Shown: in pieces, positions 17,908-27,936 of the stretch
How positions within the stretch are numbered: position 1 is the first letter of the stretch
How the letters are laid out: the number at the start of each line of letters is the position of its first letter
Source: Chlorobiaceae bacterium
Lineage (GTDB): Bacteria; Bacteroidota; Chlorobiia; Chlorobiales; Chlorobiaceae
Length of the DNA stretch: 64,000 bases
Reading direction: 5' to 3'
NCBI GenBank assembly: GCA_013335115.1
Contig: JAAXWQ010000004.1
Location: 45,974-109,973, forward strand
The notes under the pieces: generated by a model
Database searches by the model: none
Told to the model about the DNA's origin: nothing
What the model saw: the letters and a program-made list of their open reading frames with translations, nothing else
Position numbers and translations under genes: made by a program

Positions 17908-19155
17908 ATGCAATTCACCTCCCTTGATCTTATCGACCCCCTCCTCAAGTCCCTTGCCGAAGAGGGCTATACGACCCCGACGCCGGTCCAGGCCGCTGCG
18001 ATACCGGTGGTACTGGCCGGCGACGACCTTCTTGCCTGCGCCCAGACAGGCACCGGCAAGACCGCCGCATTCGCCTTACCCATCCTGCAGCAGTTGCACT
18101 ACAGCCATGTCCACGGACAGAAACGCCGGATCAGGGCACTCATCCTGACGCCGACCAGGGAGCTTGCCGTCCAGATCGCCGAAAGTTTCGAAGCATACGG
18201 AAGGCATACCGGCCTTTCCGGCACGGTGATCTTCGGCGGCGTGAACCAGAACCCCCAGACCGCGCGCCTCCTTCGCGGCGTGGACATCCTCGTCGCGACG
18301 CCCGGCCGCCTGCTGGACCTCATGGGACAGGGGCACCTGCACCTCCGGGACATTGAACATTTCGTGCTCGACGAAGCCGACCGCATGCTCGACATGGGGT
18401 TCCTGCACGATGTCAGGAAGATTATCGGTGCACTACCGAAGAAGCGCCAGTCGCTTTTCTTTTCGGCCACCATGCCGCCCGAGATCGTCAAGCTCGCGGC
18501 ATCGATCCTGCATAACCCGAAAAAGGTGAGCGTGACGCCCGTCTCCTCGACGGTCGAAATTATCGACCAGTACATACTTTTCGTCGACAAGGAGAACAAG
18601 AACAACCTGCTCGAGCACCTGCTGCAGGACAAGGCGATCAGGCATGCGCTGGTCTTCACCAGGACGAAGCACGGCGCCGACAAGGTCGCCAAATTCCTGC
18701 AGAGACAGGAGATCAGCGCCGAGGCGATCCATGGCAACAAATCCCAGAACGCCCGACAGCGGGCCCTGAACAACTTCAAGTCCCGCGACACGAGGGTGCT
18801 GGTAGCTACCGACATCGCCGCGCGCGGCATCGATGTCGACGAACTCGAATATGTGATCAATATCGACCTGCCCGAAGTCCCGGAAACCTATGTGCACCGC
18901 ATCGGCCGCACCGGCCGCGCGGGAGCCGAAGGCACCGCCTTCTCCTTCTGCAATGCCGAGGAGATACCCCTCCTTCGTGATATCGAAAAACTCATCGCCA
19001 AACCGATCCCGGTCATGGCCAACCACCCGTTCCCCATGACCGGCAAGGCGTCCTCCCAGCCGGCCGCCCCGTCAAAAGGACGTAGCGCTGCAGGGCATCC
19101 CGGGCCGAAGCCCCAGGGCAGGAGCGGGAGCTGGCGGCGTGGCGGCAAGCCGTGA
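17908..19155 (+). CDS. DEAD-box ATP-dependent RNA helicase (RhlE-like)
   Basis: ATG at 17908 gives [28 protein letters not shown] (Q motif). Further motifs: [12 protein letters not shown] ([10 protein letters not shown]), [13 protein letters not shown]. It has a basic Gly/Arg tail. The track ORF start at 17770 is an upstream extension. Confidence 0.92.
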   Translation: MQFTSLDLIDPLLKSLAEEGYTTPTPVQAAAIPVVLAGDDLLACAQTGTGKTAAFALPILQQLHYSHVHGQKRRIRALILTPTRELAVQIAESFEAYGRHTGLSGTVIFGGVNQNPQTARLLRGVDILVATPGRLLDLMGQGHLHLRDIEHFVLDEADRMLDMGFLHDVRKIIGALPKKRQSLFFSATMPPEIVKLAASILHNPKKVSVTPVSSTVEIIDQYILFVDKENKNNLLEHLLQDKAIRHALVFTRTKHGADKVAKFLQRQEISAEAIHGNKSQNARQRALNNFKSRDTRVLVATDIAARGIDVDELEYVINIDLPEVPETYVHRIGRTGRAGAEGTAFSFCNAEEIPLLRDIEKLIAKPIPVMANHPFPMTGKASSQPAAPSKGRSAAGHPGPKPQGRSGSWRRGGKP

Positions 19156-19176
19156 CCGCAATGGAAAAGCGGTAAG

Positions 19177-19785
19177 TTACTTCCCGAGTTCGAGCCGCTT
19201 CAGCCTGATGCAATTGCCGAACGGCACGTCGGGCGTGATGCATTTGAATTTGCGGTGGGCGTATTCGGTGTAGTGGTTCAGGCCCGTCAGTGGACGGTTC
19301 GACGAGGTGAACTGGCTCGCCGCGTCGAGGATGGCGTGTTTGTTGAACGGGATATGGATCGCCCTCGCTGTTTCGCTGTTGATCCTCTGCCGCAGGGGGT
19401 CCGGCCAATATCCCGACAGCTCCGAAGGATCGGCAACGGCTTTGTAGTCGATGTAGGCAACGATGAGGGGCAGGTTGAAGTTGTCGACCGCTTCCTCGAT
19501 TTCGAAGCAGAGCAGGCTGCCGCTTTTCCTGGTTTCATTGCCCAGGATCACCAGCATGTTCCGGGATGCCGCAAGGTGCTCCCTGATCCTGGTGGTGAGC
19601 GTCGTCCGAAGGCTCGAGTTCCTGACTGCATAGAGCTTGTTCTGGCGATCGACGTACCTGACGTCGAACGAATCCTTCTCGGCAGCCCAGCGATGGATGG
19701 TGGCGCAGAACCTGAAATCCGATGGGGACTGATCCGTCTGGCAGAGCTCGTCGAATGCGATATACGTACTTTTTCCAGAGTCCAT
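19177..19785 (-). CDS. TIR-like protein of the ThsB / DUF1863 (MTH538) type
   Basis: 202 aa. The pattern STYIAFDE...AVRNSSLRTTLTTRIREHLAASRNMLVILGNETRKSGSLLCFEIEEAV mirrors the ThsB layout: a beta-A strand, then ...S..V.VLIG..T..S.W..(Y/F)EI with the conserved Glu. No SIR2, SLOG or Macro partner is adjacent. Confidence 0.55.
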   Translation of the reverse strand: MDSGKSTYIAFDELCQTDQSPSDFRFCATIHRWAAEKDSFDVRYVDRQNKLYAVRNSSLRTTLTTRIREHLAASRNMLVILGNETRKSGSLLCFEIEEAVDNFNLPLIVAYIDYKAVADPSELSGYWPDPLRQRINSETARAIHIPFNKHAILDAASQFTSSNRPLTGLNHYTEYAHRKFKCITPDVPFGNCIRLKRLELGK

Positions 19786-20191
19786 GGTTCCTGTCCGGGT
19801 TGCGGTTCTGCAATGTCTTGATGAGTGCCGGGAGGAAGTTCCCGTGCGGCAGGCAAACGGCTTGCGCGAGCCTGGGCCTTTTTTGATTATAGATCATAAC
19901 TGCATCAACGCCAAGCGCCTGCAAGAAAAATCTCATTTTTCACGACCTCTCCGACCTGTGCCAAGACCGCACCTGTCCGGCATCCCGGACAGTCCGATAT
20001 ATCCCCATCCTCGTGATTACCGGCTTCCTGCCGGGAATGTTCAGCCGTGCCCCTGCGTTAAGAGGGTTAATGGCAGGCAACGGGTTACCAAGACTTTCAT
20101 TATATTATGTTACCGTATCCGACGGCGTTAAGCGGATTGAACCTTCCGGACGCCGTATGCCACAAGAATCGAGAGTACCCAAACCAGGCTT

Positions 20192-23100
20192 ATGACGACC
20201 AATAAAGCGATTGACCTCATGCGGGCTGTTCCTGCCGCACGGAGGGAGATCCCGTACAATTACACCTCGGCGGACGACCGGCAGGCGATTTCGTTCATCC
20301 TGGGCGAGGAGATCCTCAGGAAAGTCGAGGCACTTCGTGATGTCCGGGTGACCGGCCGATCGGCACGCCTCCTCATGCAGATCCTCGGGGACATCCTGAT
20401 CCACGGTCGCAATCCCTACCTCTTCCAGGAGCTGATTGATTCGGTTCCGCGCCGGACAAGGGTGTTCGACCATGCCCGCAAGGACCTCGAGACCATCGTC
20501 GCCTCGGCCAACGACGAGCCGAGGGTCATGGCTATTGTCGAAACGCTCAGGACGAAGCTCGACAAGTTTCGTGCCGAAATCGAAATGATCCCGGAGTACC
20601 GCCGTAAGGTGCGTCGCGAACTCGCCCCCGTCGTCGGCGCGAAGAACATCCTTTTCGACCCCTTTTCGCTGGTCGCCCACGCCACCGACGCGACCGACTG
20701 GCGTCTTTACCTCCCGGTCGCCGTGGTGACGCCGGACGATGAGGCTCAGGTCGCACCGCTGATCGGGGCCATCGCCAGGCTCGGCCTGCGGGTGATTCCC
20801 CGCGGGGCCGGCACCGGCCTGACCGGAGGCGCCGTGCCGCTCCGCTCGGACTGCGTGATCATCAATACGGAAAAGTTGAACCATGTCAGGGGCATCCATC
20901 AGAGGAAATTCCACCTTCGCGACGGCCAGTCGGTATCGGCCTCGGTCATCGAGGTCGAATCGGGGGTGATCACCGAAGCGGCGATGCACCATGCCGACGA
21001 ACACGGCCTGGTGTTTGCGACCGACCCGACGAGCGAGTGGGCCTGCACGATCGGCGGCAACATCTCCGAGAATGCCGGCGGCAAGATGGCCGTCAGGTGG
21101 GGTACCTGTATCGACAACCTGCTCGAATGGCGCATTGCCATGCCGGGGGCGAAGCTCTGGACCGTGCGACGCACCGACCACCAGCTGCGCAAGATCCTGC
21201 CTGAGGATATCGTGACCTACGAGGTGCTGGACCAGCATGGGGCCCCGTTGAAGCGCATCTCGCTCCGTGGCTCGGAAATCCGCAAGCCGGGGCTATGGAA
21301 GGATATCACCAACAAGGCGCTTGGCGGCGTACCGGGCCTGCAAAAGGAGGGTACCGACGGCGTGATCACTTCGGCGGTCTTCGTGCTCTATCCGAAGTAT
21401 GAACAGAAGCGCACCCTCTGCCTCGAATTCTTCGGTCCCGACATGGACGAGGCGAGCCGCGTTATCGTGGAGCTGTCGAAGGCGTTCCCCTACCAGGAGG
21501 TCGAGCACGAGACCCTGCTCGCGCTGGAGCACTTCGACGACGAATACATCCGGGCGATCGACTACAAGGTGAAGGCGACCAGGCCGCAGACACCAAAGGC
21601 CGTCCTGCTGATCGACATCGCCGGCCACAGTACCGCAGAGGTCGAGGCGGGGCTCGAACGGGTGCGGTCGCTGCTCGGGAAACACCCGAACACCCTGATG
21701 TTCGAGGCGAGGGACAAGGCCGAGGCGACCCTCTTCTGGGCTGACCGCAAGAAGCTCGGGGCAATTGCCCGCCGAACCAACGCGTTCAAGCTGAACGAGG
21801 ATATCGTCATTCCGATCGAGCAGCTCGCCGTGTTCGCCCGTTTCATCGACGAGCTGAACATCGAGGAGGAGCGATACGCCCAGGAGCTCTATGTCGACCG
21901 GGTGGCTTCGGTCCTGCATGCGAGCAGCGAAAAGGAGAGCCTGTCACCGTTCGAATCAAAGATTCCCGCCGGCCTTGGGCTCTGCGACCTGATCCGGAAG
22001 CGCCTGGGCGGAGCGGATCCTCTCTTGTTGCGTTCACTGACGCTCATGCAGGAGTTCCGCGCTGAGCTGAACGAACTGTTCCGCGGCTATCCCAAAACGC
22101 TCGAAACCCTCGAGAAGGCCTACCAGCACGTACGCGACCGGCGCATCGTGCTCGCCACCCACATGCATGCCGGCGACGGCAACGTGCATGTCAACGTGCC
22201 GGTGCTCTCCAACGACCGTCCCATGCTCGAGCGAGCCGACCATGTGATCGATATGGTGATGGAGAAGGTGATCTCGCTCGGCGGCGTGGTTTCGGGCGAG
22301 CACGGCATCGGCGTCACGAAACTGAAGTACATGGACCACGAGCGGATTAAAGAACTTTCGGCGTACCGCCGGGAGGTCGATCCCGACGGCATCATGAACC
22401 CCGGCAAGCTGGAGGACTATGAGGCGCTCAACCACATCTTCACCCCGTCGTTCAACCTCCTCGAGCTGGAGGCGCACATCCTGAAGCGCGGCAAGCTCGA
22501 AGAGCTGTCGAAAAAGGTCGACTACTGCATCCGGTGCGGCAAGTGCAAGCCCGACTGCTGCGTCTACTACCCCGCCAGGGGGATGTTCTACCATCCGAGG
22601 AACAAGAACCTGGCGATCGGCTCGCTCATCGAGGCGCTGCTTTACGACGCGCAGCGTGAGCGTTCAACCGATTTCGAGCTGCTGCAGTGGCTTGAGGAGG
22701 TTTCGGACCACTGCACCATCTGCCACAAGTGCCTGAAGCCCTGCCCGGTCGATATCGATACGGGCGAAGTCTCTATCCTCGAACGCGAGATCCTTGCCGC
22801 ACGCGGCTACAAGAACTCTCCGATAATCACGAAAATAACCCTTGATTACCTCGAGAACCGGTCCCCGTTCTTCAACAAGGTGTTCCGCAATACCGTGGTT
22901 CGGATGGGCGGCGCCGCGCAGCGGGCCGGCACGAAGCTGACCGCTCCGTTCCAGTCGTCGGAAGAGGCACAGGCGTTCCCTCCCCTTCGACTGCTCCGTT
23001 CTTCGGTGCCTCCGGTACCCGAAAAGACCCTTCGTGACCTCTTGCCGGCCTGTGACTCCGACCAGGTACTGGTATTCGAACCTGCTGGAGGAGCGTCGAA

Positions 23101-23854
23101 GTCGACCGCCTTCTATTTCCCCGGTTGCGGATCGGAGCGCCTCCATTCGACCATTTCGATGGCGTCGATACACATCCTCCTCGAATCCGGCACAAGGGTA
23201 ATCCTCCCGCCGCCATTCCTCTGCTGCGGATTCCCGTCGCATGTGAATGCCAAGACCGACCAGCACACTTCGATCGTGCTGCGCAACACGGTGATGTTCA
23301 GCCAGATCAGGGAGATGTTTTCCTACCTTGACATCGATGCCTGCGTCATCTCGTGCGGCACCTGCCGCGAAGGCCTTGAAAGCATGGAGACGGCAAAGCT
23401 GTTCGGTGACAGGATCGTCGACGTCTCCCGTTACGTCTATGAGAAAGGGCTACGGGTCGATGGCGGCGACGGGAAGAGCCTCTACCATGCCCCATGTCAC
23501 GACTCGCTTTCGGGCAAGGCGTGCGACCTTTTGCGGGATATCGGGGGATTCGGAACGGTCGTCGAAGTCCCGCATTGCTGTTCGGAAGCCGGCACACTCT
23601 CGCTGTCGAGGCCGGACATCACCGATTCGATGCTGCAACGCAAGCGTGAAGCGCTGAAGGCGTCGATGGGCAACGCCCCGTCCGCAAGGATCCTGACGAA
23701 CTGCCCGTCGTGCGTCCAGGGACTCGGCCGAAACCGTGACATGGGCGTGGAGGCGCAACATATCGCCATCGCACTGGCCGAAAAGCTTTCCGGGCCGGAC
23801 TGGATGGACCGCTTTATCGCCCAGGCCGCCCGCGCCACGGCCATGATCTACTGA
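20192..23854 (+). CDS. Fused FAD-linked oxidase (GlcD-like) plus Fe-S/CCG-domain oxidoreductase (GlcF-like), YdiJ-like, with a DUF3683-like N-terminal region
   Basis: 1220 aa. FAD_binding_4 region: VVTPDDEAQVAPLIGAIARLGLRVIPRGAGTGLTGGAVP. Ferredoxin-type Cys clusters: CIRCGKCKPDC and CTICHKCLKPCP. Two CCG-type Cys motifs (YFPGCGSE, CCGFP / HAPCHDS, HCCSEAG) are also present. Confidence 0.85.
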   Translation: MTTNKAIDLMRAVPAARREIPYNYTSADDRQAISFILGEEILRKVEALRDVRVTGRSARLLMQILGDILIHGRNPYLFQELIDSVPRRTRVFDHARKDLETIVASANDEPRVMAIVETLRTKLDKFRAEIEMIPEYRRKVRRELAPVVGAKNILFDPFSLVAHATDATDWRLYLPVAVVTPDDEAQVAPLIGAIARLGLRVIPRGAGTGLTGGAVPLRSDCVIINTEKLNHVRGIHQRKFHLRDGQSVSASVIEVESGVITEAAMHHADEHGLVFATDPTSEWACTIGGNISENAGGKMAVRWGTCIDNLLEWRIAMPGAKLWTVRRTDHQLRKILPEDIVTYEVLDQHGAPLKRISLRGSEIRKPGLWKDITNKALGGVPGLQKEGTDGVITSAVFVLYPKYEQKRTLCLEFFGPDMDEASRVIVELSKAFPYQEVEHETLLALEHFDDEYIRAIDYKVKATRPQTPKAVLLIDIAGHSTAEVEAGLERVRSLLGKHPNTLMFEARDKAEATLFWADRKKLGAIARRTNAFKLNEDIVIPIEQLAVFARFIDELNIEEERYAQELYVDRVASVLHASSEKESLSPFESKIPAGLGLCDLIRKRLGGADPLLLRSLTLMQEFRAELNELFRGYPKTLETLEKAYQHVRDRRIVLATHMHAGDGNVHVNVPVLSNDRPMLERADHVIDMVMEKVISLGGVVSGEHGIGVTKLKYMDHERIKELSAYRREVDPDGIMNPGKLEDYEALNHIFTPSFNLLELEAHILKRGKLEELSKKVDYCIRCGKCKPDCCVYYPARGMFYHPRNKNLAIGSLIEALLYDAQRERSTDFELLQWLEEVSDHCTICHKCLKPCPVDIDTGEVSILEREILAARGYKNSPIITKITLDYLENRSPFFNKVFRNTVVRMGGAAQRAGTKLTAPFQSSEEAQAFPPLRLLRSSVPPVPEKTLRDLLPACDSDQVLVFEPAGGASKSTAFYFPGCGSERLHSTISMASIHILLESGTRVILPPPFLCCGFPSHVNAKTDQHTSIVLRNTVMFSQIREMFSYLDIDACVISCGTCREGLESMETAKLFGDRIVDVSRYVYEKGLRVDGGDGKSLYHAPCHDSLSGKACDLLRDIGGFGTVVEVPHCCSEAGTLSLSRPDITDSMLQRKREALKASMGNAPSARILTNCPSCVQGLGRNRDMGVEAQHIAIALAEKLSGPDWMDRFIAQAARATAMIY

Positions 23855-23871
23855 ATCGAAAGCCCGAAAAG

Positions 23872-23917
23872 ATGCAACGAAAAAACCGCCCTTACCGGCG
23901 GTTTTTTTCGTTGCATG
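23872..23917. terminator. Rho-independent bidirectional terminator
   Basis: atgcaacgaaaaaaccgcc - cttac - cggcggtttttttcgttgcat forms a long A/T-flanked hairpin. It sits between convergent stops at 23854 (+) and 23941 (-). Confidence 0.88.
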
Positions 23918-23940
23918 GCCATCACCGGCTGAGGCATGTT

Positions 23941-24408
23941 TCAGTCGATCTGCTCGACAAGGTAGTTTTGCACGCCCATCTGCCCGATCTGGTCTATCTG
24001 GGCTTCGATCCAGTCGATATGTGCCTCCTCCTCCTTCAGGATGCTTTCCAGCAACTCCCTGGTTCCGTTATCGCCAAGTTCCACGGTCAGCCTGATGGCT
24101 TCGTTGTAGGAGGTGATCGCATCGCTCTCGGCCGCATGGTCGTTCCTGTGCTGGGCCTCGACCGATGGGCCGATGCTGATCTTGTTGAGCTGGCTCACCA
24201 CGGGGATCCCTTCGAGGAAGAGGATGCGGGCTATCAGTTTTTCGGCATGCCGCATCTCGTCGACCGCCCGTTTTTCATCTGCCTTGTGAAGTTTCTCGTA
24301 GCCCCAGTTGTCGCACATCTCCGAGTGGACCATATACTGGTTGATCGCGGTCAGTTCCTCGGTGAGCAAGCCGTTGAGTTTGTCGATAATCTTCTGGTTG
24401 CCTTTCAT
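23941..24408 (-). CDS. bfr: Bacterioferritin
   Basis: MKGNQKIIDKLNGLLTEELTAINQYMVHSEMCDNWGYEKL...EMRHAEKLIARILFLEG...EEEAHIDWIEAQ carries the ferroxidase-centre Glu/His ligands and the heme-ligand Met context. Confidence 0.93.
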   Translation of the reverse strand: MKGNQKIIDKLNGLLTEELTAINQYMVHSEMCDNWGYEKLHKADEKRAVDEMRHAEKLIARILFLEGIPVVSQLNKISIGPSVEAQHRNDHAAESDAITSYNEAIRLTVELGDNGTRELLESILKEEEAHIDWIEAQIDQIGQMGVQNYLVEQID

Positions 24409-24493
24409 CTGCTTCTCCTGATAGGTTTACATGTGCCATGGTTGTACAGCAAAAGTGTATTCAAATAACAGGATGGCATGAAATTCTGTTCCC

Positions 24494-25369
24494 CTAATGC
24501 ACCCTCATACCGTCAGCATCGAAGAAACGTCCCCGGCCGTACCCGAAAACGGAGGCGATCGCCCTGGCGACAAGGAGGGGCATCGGCCTGAACCTGAGCG
24601 TCCTGCCGCCACCTTTCGCGGAGCGTATCCGTGGTACGAGTACCGCGGCCACATCTTCAGGCGTCTCGGCCAGTGCGTTGAAAATCCGGCGTTCACGCTT
24701 CCCTGAATCCCTCAGGAGGAGGTCAGTCAGCACCAGTCCCGGGCTGAGCCCATGGATCGATATGGAGTCGATCCCGCCACGCTGCAGCTCCTGCCTGGCG
24801 AAGGTGGTCGTCAGCGCGACGGCAAGCTTTGAGGCCCGATGCGGCAGTGCCGTTGGCGACGAGCGGGCGCCTGCAGCTGAAAACCCCATGTTGTAGATAT
24901 GGTAACGGGGGTCGTTTGTCCCGCAGGGCTGGCTGCGCATGATCCTGACCGCTTCGGCACAGAGCATCATGGTGCCCGAAAGATTTGTCCGGCAGGCCTC
25001 GTCGATGTCGGAAAGTTCGAGCTCCCAGATCGGGCGTTTCAAGCGGCCGGCGGTACCAGCGTTGTTGATCCAGCGGTCCACGATGCCGAGCTTTTCTGCG
25101 GCGAACGCCGCCAGGGCCGCGGCCTCATCGGGCATGGAGACATCGCTGGCCCTGCCATAGAGCGCGCATCCGGGGAGCTGCGACGCAAGCAGCTTCATGG
25201 CGGTGTCGAGCCGGGAGCGGTCGCGGCCGCAGATCACGACACGATCGCCGGAACGCAGGAATTCCCTGGCCATGGCAAGGCCCAGCCCGGAACTTCCGCC
25301 GGTCAGTACGACGCCGAGAGAGTGCTTTCCGGTGCCGATCCGGGTTGTCGCCAAGGGTGTCCTCATCAT
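24494..25369 (-). CDS. Short-chain dehydrogenase/reductase (classical SDR)
   Basis: In-frame ATG at 25369 (MMRTPL...). Cofactor motif: VVLTGGSSGLGLAMAREFLRSGDRVVICGRD. It also has NNAG, and a possible Tyr/Lys pair in ALPHRASK is degenerate. The substrate is unknown. Confidence 0.8.
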   Translation of the reverse strand: MMRTPLATTRIGTGKHSLGVVLTGGSSGLGLAMAREFLRSGDRVVICGRDRSRLDTAMKLLASQLPGCALYGRASDVSMPDEAAALAAFAAEKLGIVDRWINNAGTAGRLKRPIWELELSDIDEACRTNLSGTMMLCAEAVRIMRSQPCGTNDPRYHIYNMGFSAAGARSSPTALPHRASKLAVALTTTFARQELQRGGIDSISIHGLSPGLVLTDLLLRDSGKRERRIFNALAETPEDVAAVLVPRIRSAKGGGRTLRFRPMPLLVARAIASVFGYGRGRFFDADGMRVH

Positions 25370-25631
25370 GAAAAAGCCTGTTGACCCTGCCCGCCTCCAC
25401 ACAGGCAGCCCGTATGCAGGGTAAAACCATAGTACTCCTCATGATATTGAATATCAAATGGTTACGCAAGGCTTCAGTCGATCGACACGGGAATTGCACC
25501 CGTAACGTGAAGGAGTGGTTTTCGGAGCTATCCCAAAATGTGTAACTTGCCTCAAGTTCATCCACGGGAACGCCCCGGCCTTTTCCGGGCTATCCGGGAA
25601 AATGATCACCAGTAGCCTCCATTTCAAGCAT

Positions 25632-27836
25632 ATGGGAACATATTACGAGCAGTTACTCCGGGAATTCCACCTGCCGCTGACCAATCCCGTGCTGGTCTTC
25701 TCGCTCGTCCTGTTCATTATGCTCCTCTCCCCCATCCTCCTCAAGCGAATCAATATCCCCGGCACGGTCGGGCTCATCCTCTCCGGGGTGGTCATCGGCC
25801 CACACAGCCTGAACCTGCTCGAGAAGAGTTCCGCAGTCGAGCTTTTCTCTACCATAGGCCTCCTCTACATCATGTTTATCGCCGGGCTTGAGCTCGATGT
25901 GAACGAGTTCAGGAAACACCGCCACAAAAGCATCCTGTTCGGCTTGTTGACCTTCACCCTTCCCATCAGCATCGGCTACCCTGTCTGCCGCTACCTGCTC
26001 AACTATGACGTCAGCGCGAGTTTCCTGACGGCAAGCATGTTCGCGACCCATACGCTGGTCGCCTATCCGATCGTCAGCCGGATGGGCGTTTCCAAAAACC
26101 AGGCCGTCGCCATCACGGTTGGCGGCACCATCCTCACCGATACGGCCGTCCTGGTCATTCTGGCCGTCATCCTCGGTTACAGCCAGGGTTCGGTCCAGCA
26201 GGATATCCTGATCCGGCTCGGTGTCTCCATCGCCGTCTTCATCGCCGTCATCTTCCTGTTGATTCCAGCGGTTGCACGCTGGTTCTTCAGCAACCTCGAG
26301 AACGAAAAGCATTCGCATTACATTTTCGTGCTGGCCGCGGTCTTCTTCGCCGCATTCCTCGCCAAGCTGGCGGGTATCGAACCGATCGTCGGGGCATTTG
26401 CCGCCGGGCTGGCCCTGAACCCCCTGATCCCTAACTCGTCGGCGTTGATGAACCGGATCGAGTTCATCGGCAACGCCCTGTTCATTCCGTTCTTCCTGAT
26501 CAGCGTCGGCATGCTGGTCGACGTCAGGGTGCTCGTCAACGGCTCCATGGCCATAATGATCGCCGCCACGCTGACCATCGTCGCCCTGCTCGGCAAGTGG
26601 GTCGCCGCATTCTTCACCCAGCAGCTCTGCCGTTACTCGTCCGACCAGCGACAGCTGATCTTCGGCCTGAGCAGTTCGCACGCCGCGGCGACCATCGCGG
26701 TCATCCTGGTTGGATACCAGGCCCGCATCCTCGACCTGAACATCCTGAACGGCACCATCGTGCTGATCCTGGTCACCTGCGTTGTTGCCTCCTTCGTCAC
26801 CGAGCGGGCGGCCAAGCGTATCGTGCAGGAGAGCGCGCCAGAGTTGCCGGCCGATATCGCTGATCGCGAACTTTCGAACGAACGGATCCTCCTTCCCGTT
26901 ACCGAGGCGCAGTCGTCGGAAAAGCTGTTGGAACTGGCGATCATGATCAAAGAGAAGCAGTCGCCCCACCCCCTGACGGTGCTGACGGTCGTGCCGAACG
27001 ACGAAGAGGCTGAGCTGAATGTCCAGAGGGCGCGCATCGAACTGGAGCCGATGGTGCGGCACGCGGCATCGTTCGACGCCACGCTGAACGTGATCGCCAC
27101 GATCGACTACAACATCTGCAGCGGCGTCGGCAGGAGCGCCAAGGAGCTCATGTCTGACATCATCATCTTCGGTTGGCCCCACCGGCGCGGATTCATCGGC
27201 CGGATGATCAACGATACGACCGAAAGCCTCGTCGGCTGCACGAGCAAGACCACCCTGGTCTGCCATTTCAGCCGTCCGCTCGCCATGCACCGGAGGATTG
27301 TCGTGGTCTGTCCGCCGTTCGCCGAAAAGGAGAAAGGGTTCGGCCAATGGGTCGGGAAGGTTTCCCGACTGGCGCAGGAGTTGAGTATCCCCATCGTCTG
27401 CCACTGCGAGAAAAAGAGCCGGACAGCCATCATAGACATGCTGAGGGAGATCCGGTCCGGAGTGGCCATCAGCTTCGAGTCCTACCGGAACTTCAGGGAG
27501 TGGAATGCCATTTCGGCACGGGAGGCGGATGTCAGGGAGGAGGACCTCCTCGTGTTCATCGTATCACGTCCGGAATCGGTCTCCTATAAAGGCTTTTTCG
27601 AGCAGATCCCCGACCGGCTCGAAGCACAGTTCAACAACATCAGCAAGATCATGCTCTATCCTGCCCAGTTCGAATCCCGGGAGCAGGCTGAGGGATATGT
27701 CGATATCGTGGCGATACCGTTTTCGTTCAGCAAGTCGGCCGTGCAGAAAATCGGAAGGGAACTTGGTGGTTTCCTTAAAAAAAGTTCGCTTCCTTTGAAG
27801 AGGCAGATTAAAAAAAGCAGGCGTTCTGGCTCCTGA
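25632..27836 (+). CDS. CPA2-family cation:proton antiporter with a large cytoplasmic C-terminal (tandem USP-like) domain
   Basis: ATG at 25632 (MGTYYEQLL...). About 12 hydrophobic helices follow (LVFSLVLFIMLLSPILL ... IVLILVTCVVASFV). A soluble region of about 330 aa then contains two repeats of a USP-like layout (ILLPVTEAQSSEKLLELA...; RIVVVCPPFAEKEKGF...). Confidence 0.85.
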   Translation: MGTYYEQLLREFHLPLTNPVLVFSLVLFIMLLSPILLKRINIPGTVGLILSGVVIGPHSLNLLEKSSAVELFSTIGLLYIMFIAGLELDVNEFRKHRHKSILFGLLTFTLPISIGYPVCRYLLNYDVSASFLTASMFATHTLVAYPIVSRMGVSKNQAVAITVGGTILTDTAVLVILAVILGYSQGSVQQDILIRLGVSIAVFIAVIFLLIPAVARWFFSNLENEKHSHYIFVLAAVFFAAFLAKLAGIEPIVGAFAAGLALNPLIPNSSALMNRIEFIGNALFIPFFLISVGMLVDVRVLVNGSMAIMIAATLTIVALLGKWVAAFFTQQLCRYSSDQRQLIFGLSSSHAAATIAVILVGYQARILDLNILNGTIVLILVTCVVASFVTERAAKRIVQESAPELPADIADRELSNERILLPVTEAQSSEKLLELAIMIKEKQSPHPLTVLTVVPNDEEAELNVQRARIELEPMVRHAASFDATLNVIATIDYNICSGVGRSAKELMSDIIIFGWPHRRGFIGRMINDTTESLVGCTSKTTLVCHFSRPLAMHRRIVVVCPPFAEKEKGFGQWVGKVSRLAQELSIPIVCHCEKKSRTAIIDMLREIRSGVAISFESYRNFREWNAISAREADVREEDLLVFIVSRPESVSYKGFFEQIPDRLEAQFNNISKIMLYPAQFESREQAEGYVDIVAIPFSFSKSAVQKIGRELGGFLKKSSLPLKRQIKKSRRSGS

Positions 27837-27936
27837 GTTTGGAATTCAGGGTAAAGAGTCGTTACTTTAATTTTATTCCCCGATGCATGACCATCGAGAG
27901 CAATGCTGCACTGAAGCAGACAAACAAAATTTGCCT

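Noticed and set aside
19156-20191. A complete Thoeris locus (ThsA next to the ThsB-like gene)
   Set aside because: No SIR2, SLOG, Macro or TM-effector ORF flanks the gene. The ORFs at 19255..19821, 19784..20131 and 19535..19936 are antisense or low-complexity shadows.
20105-21238. 377-aa minus-strand ORF, and other long antisense ORFs at 21293..21919, 22034..22594 and 22664..23266
   Set aside because: All lie opposite the 1220-aa FAD/Fe-S oxidoreductase gene and carry no motifs.
25653-27404. 583-aa minus-strand ORF
   Set aside because: Antisense to the CPA2 antiporter. It is an extremely Asp/Gly/Arg/Glu-rich shadow sequence.
27668-27677. GTTCGAATCC, a tRNA T-arm-like motif
   Set aside because: It lies inside the antiporter coding frame (..PAQFESREQ..) and has no flanking acceptor or anticodon stem complementarity. 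I found no tRNA or rRNA genes anywhere in the window.
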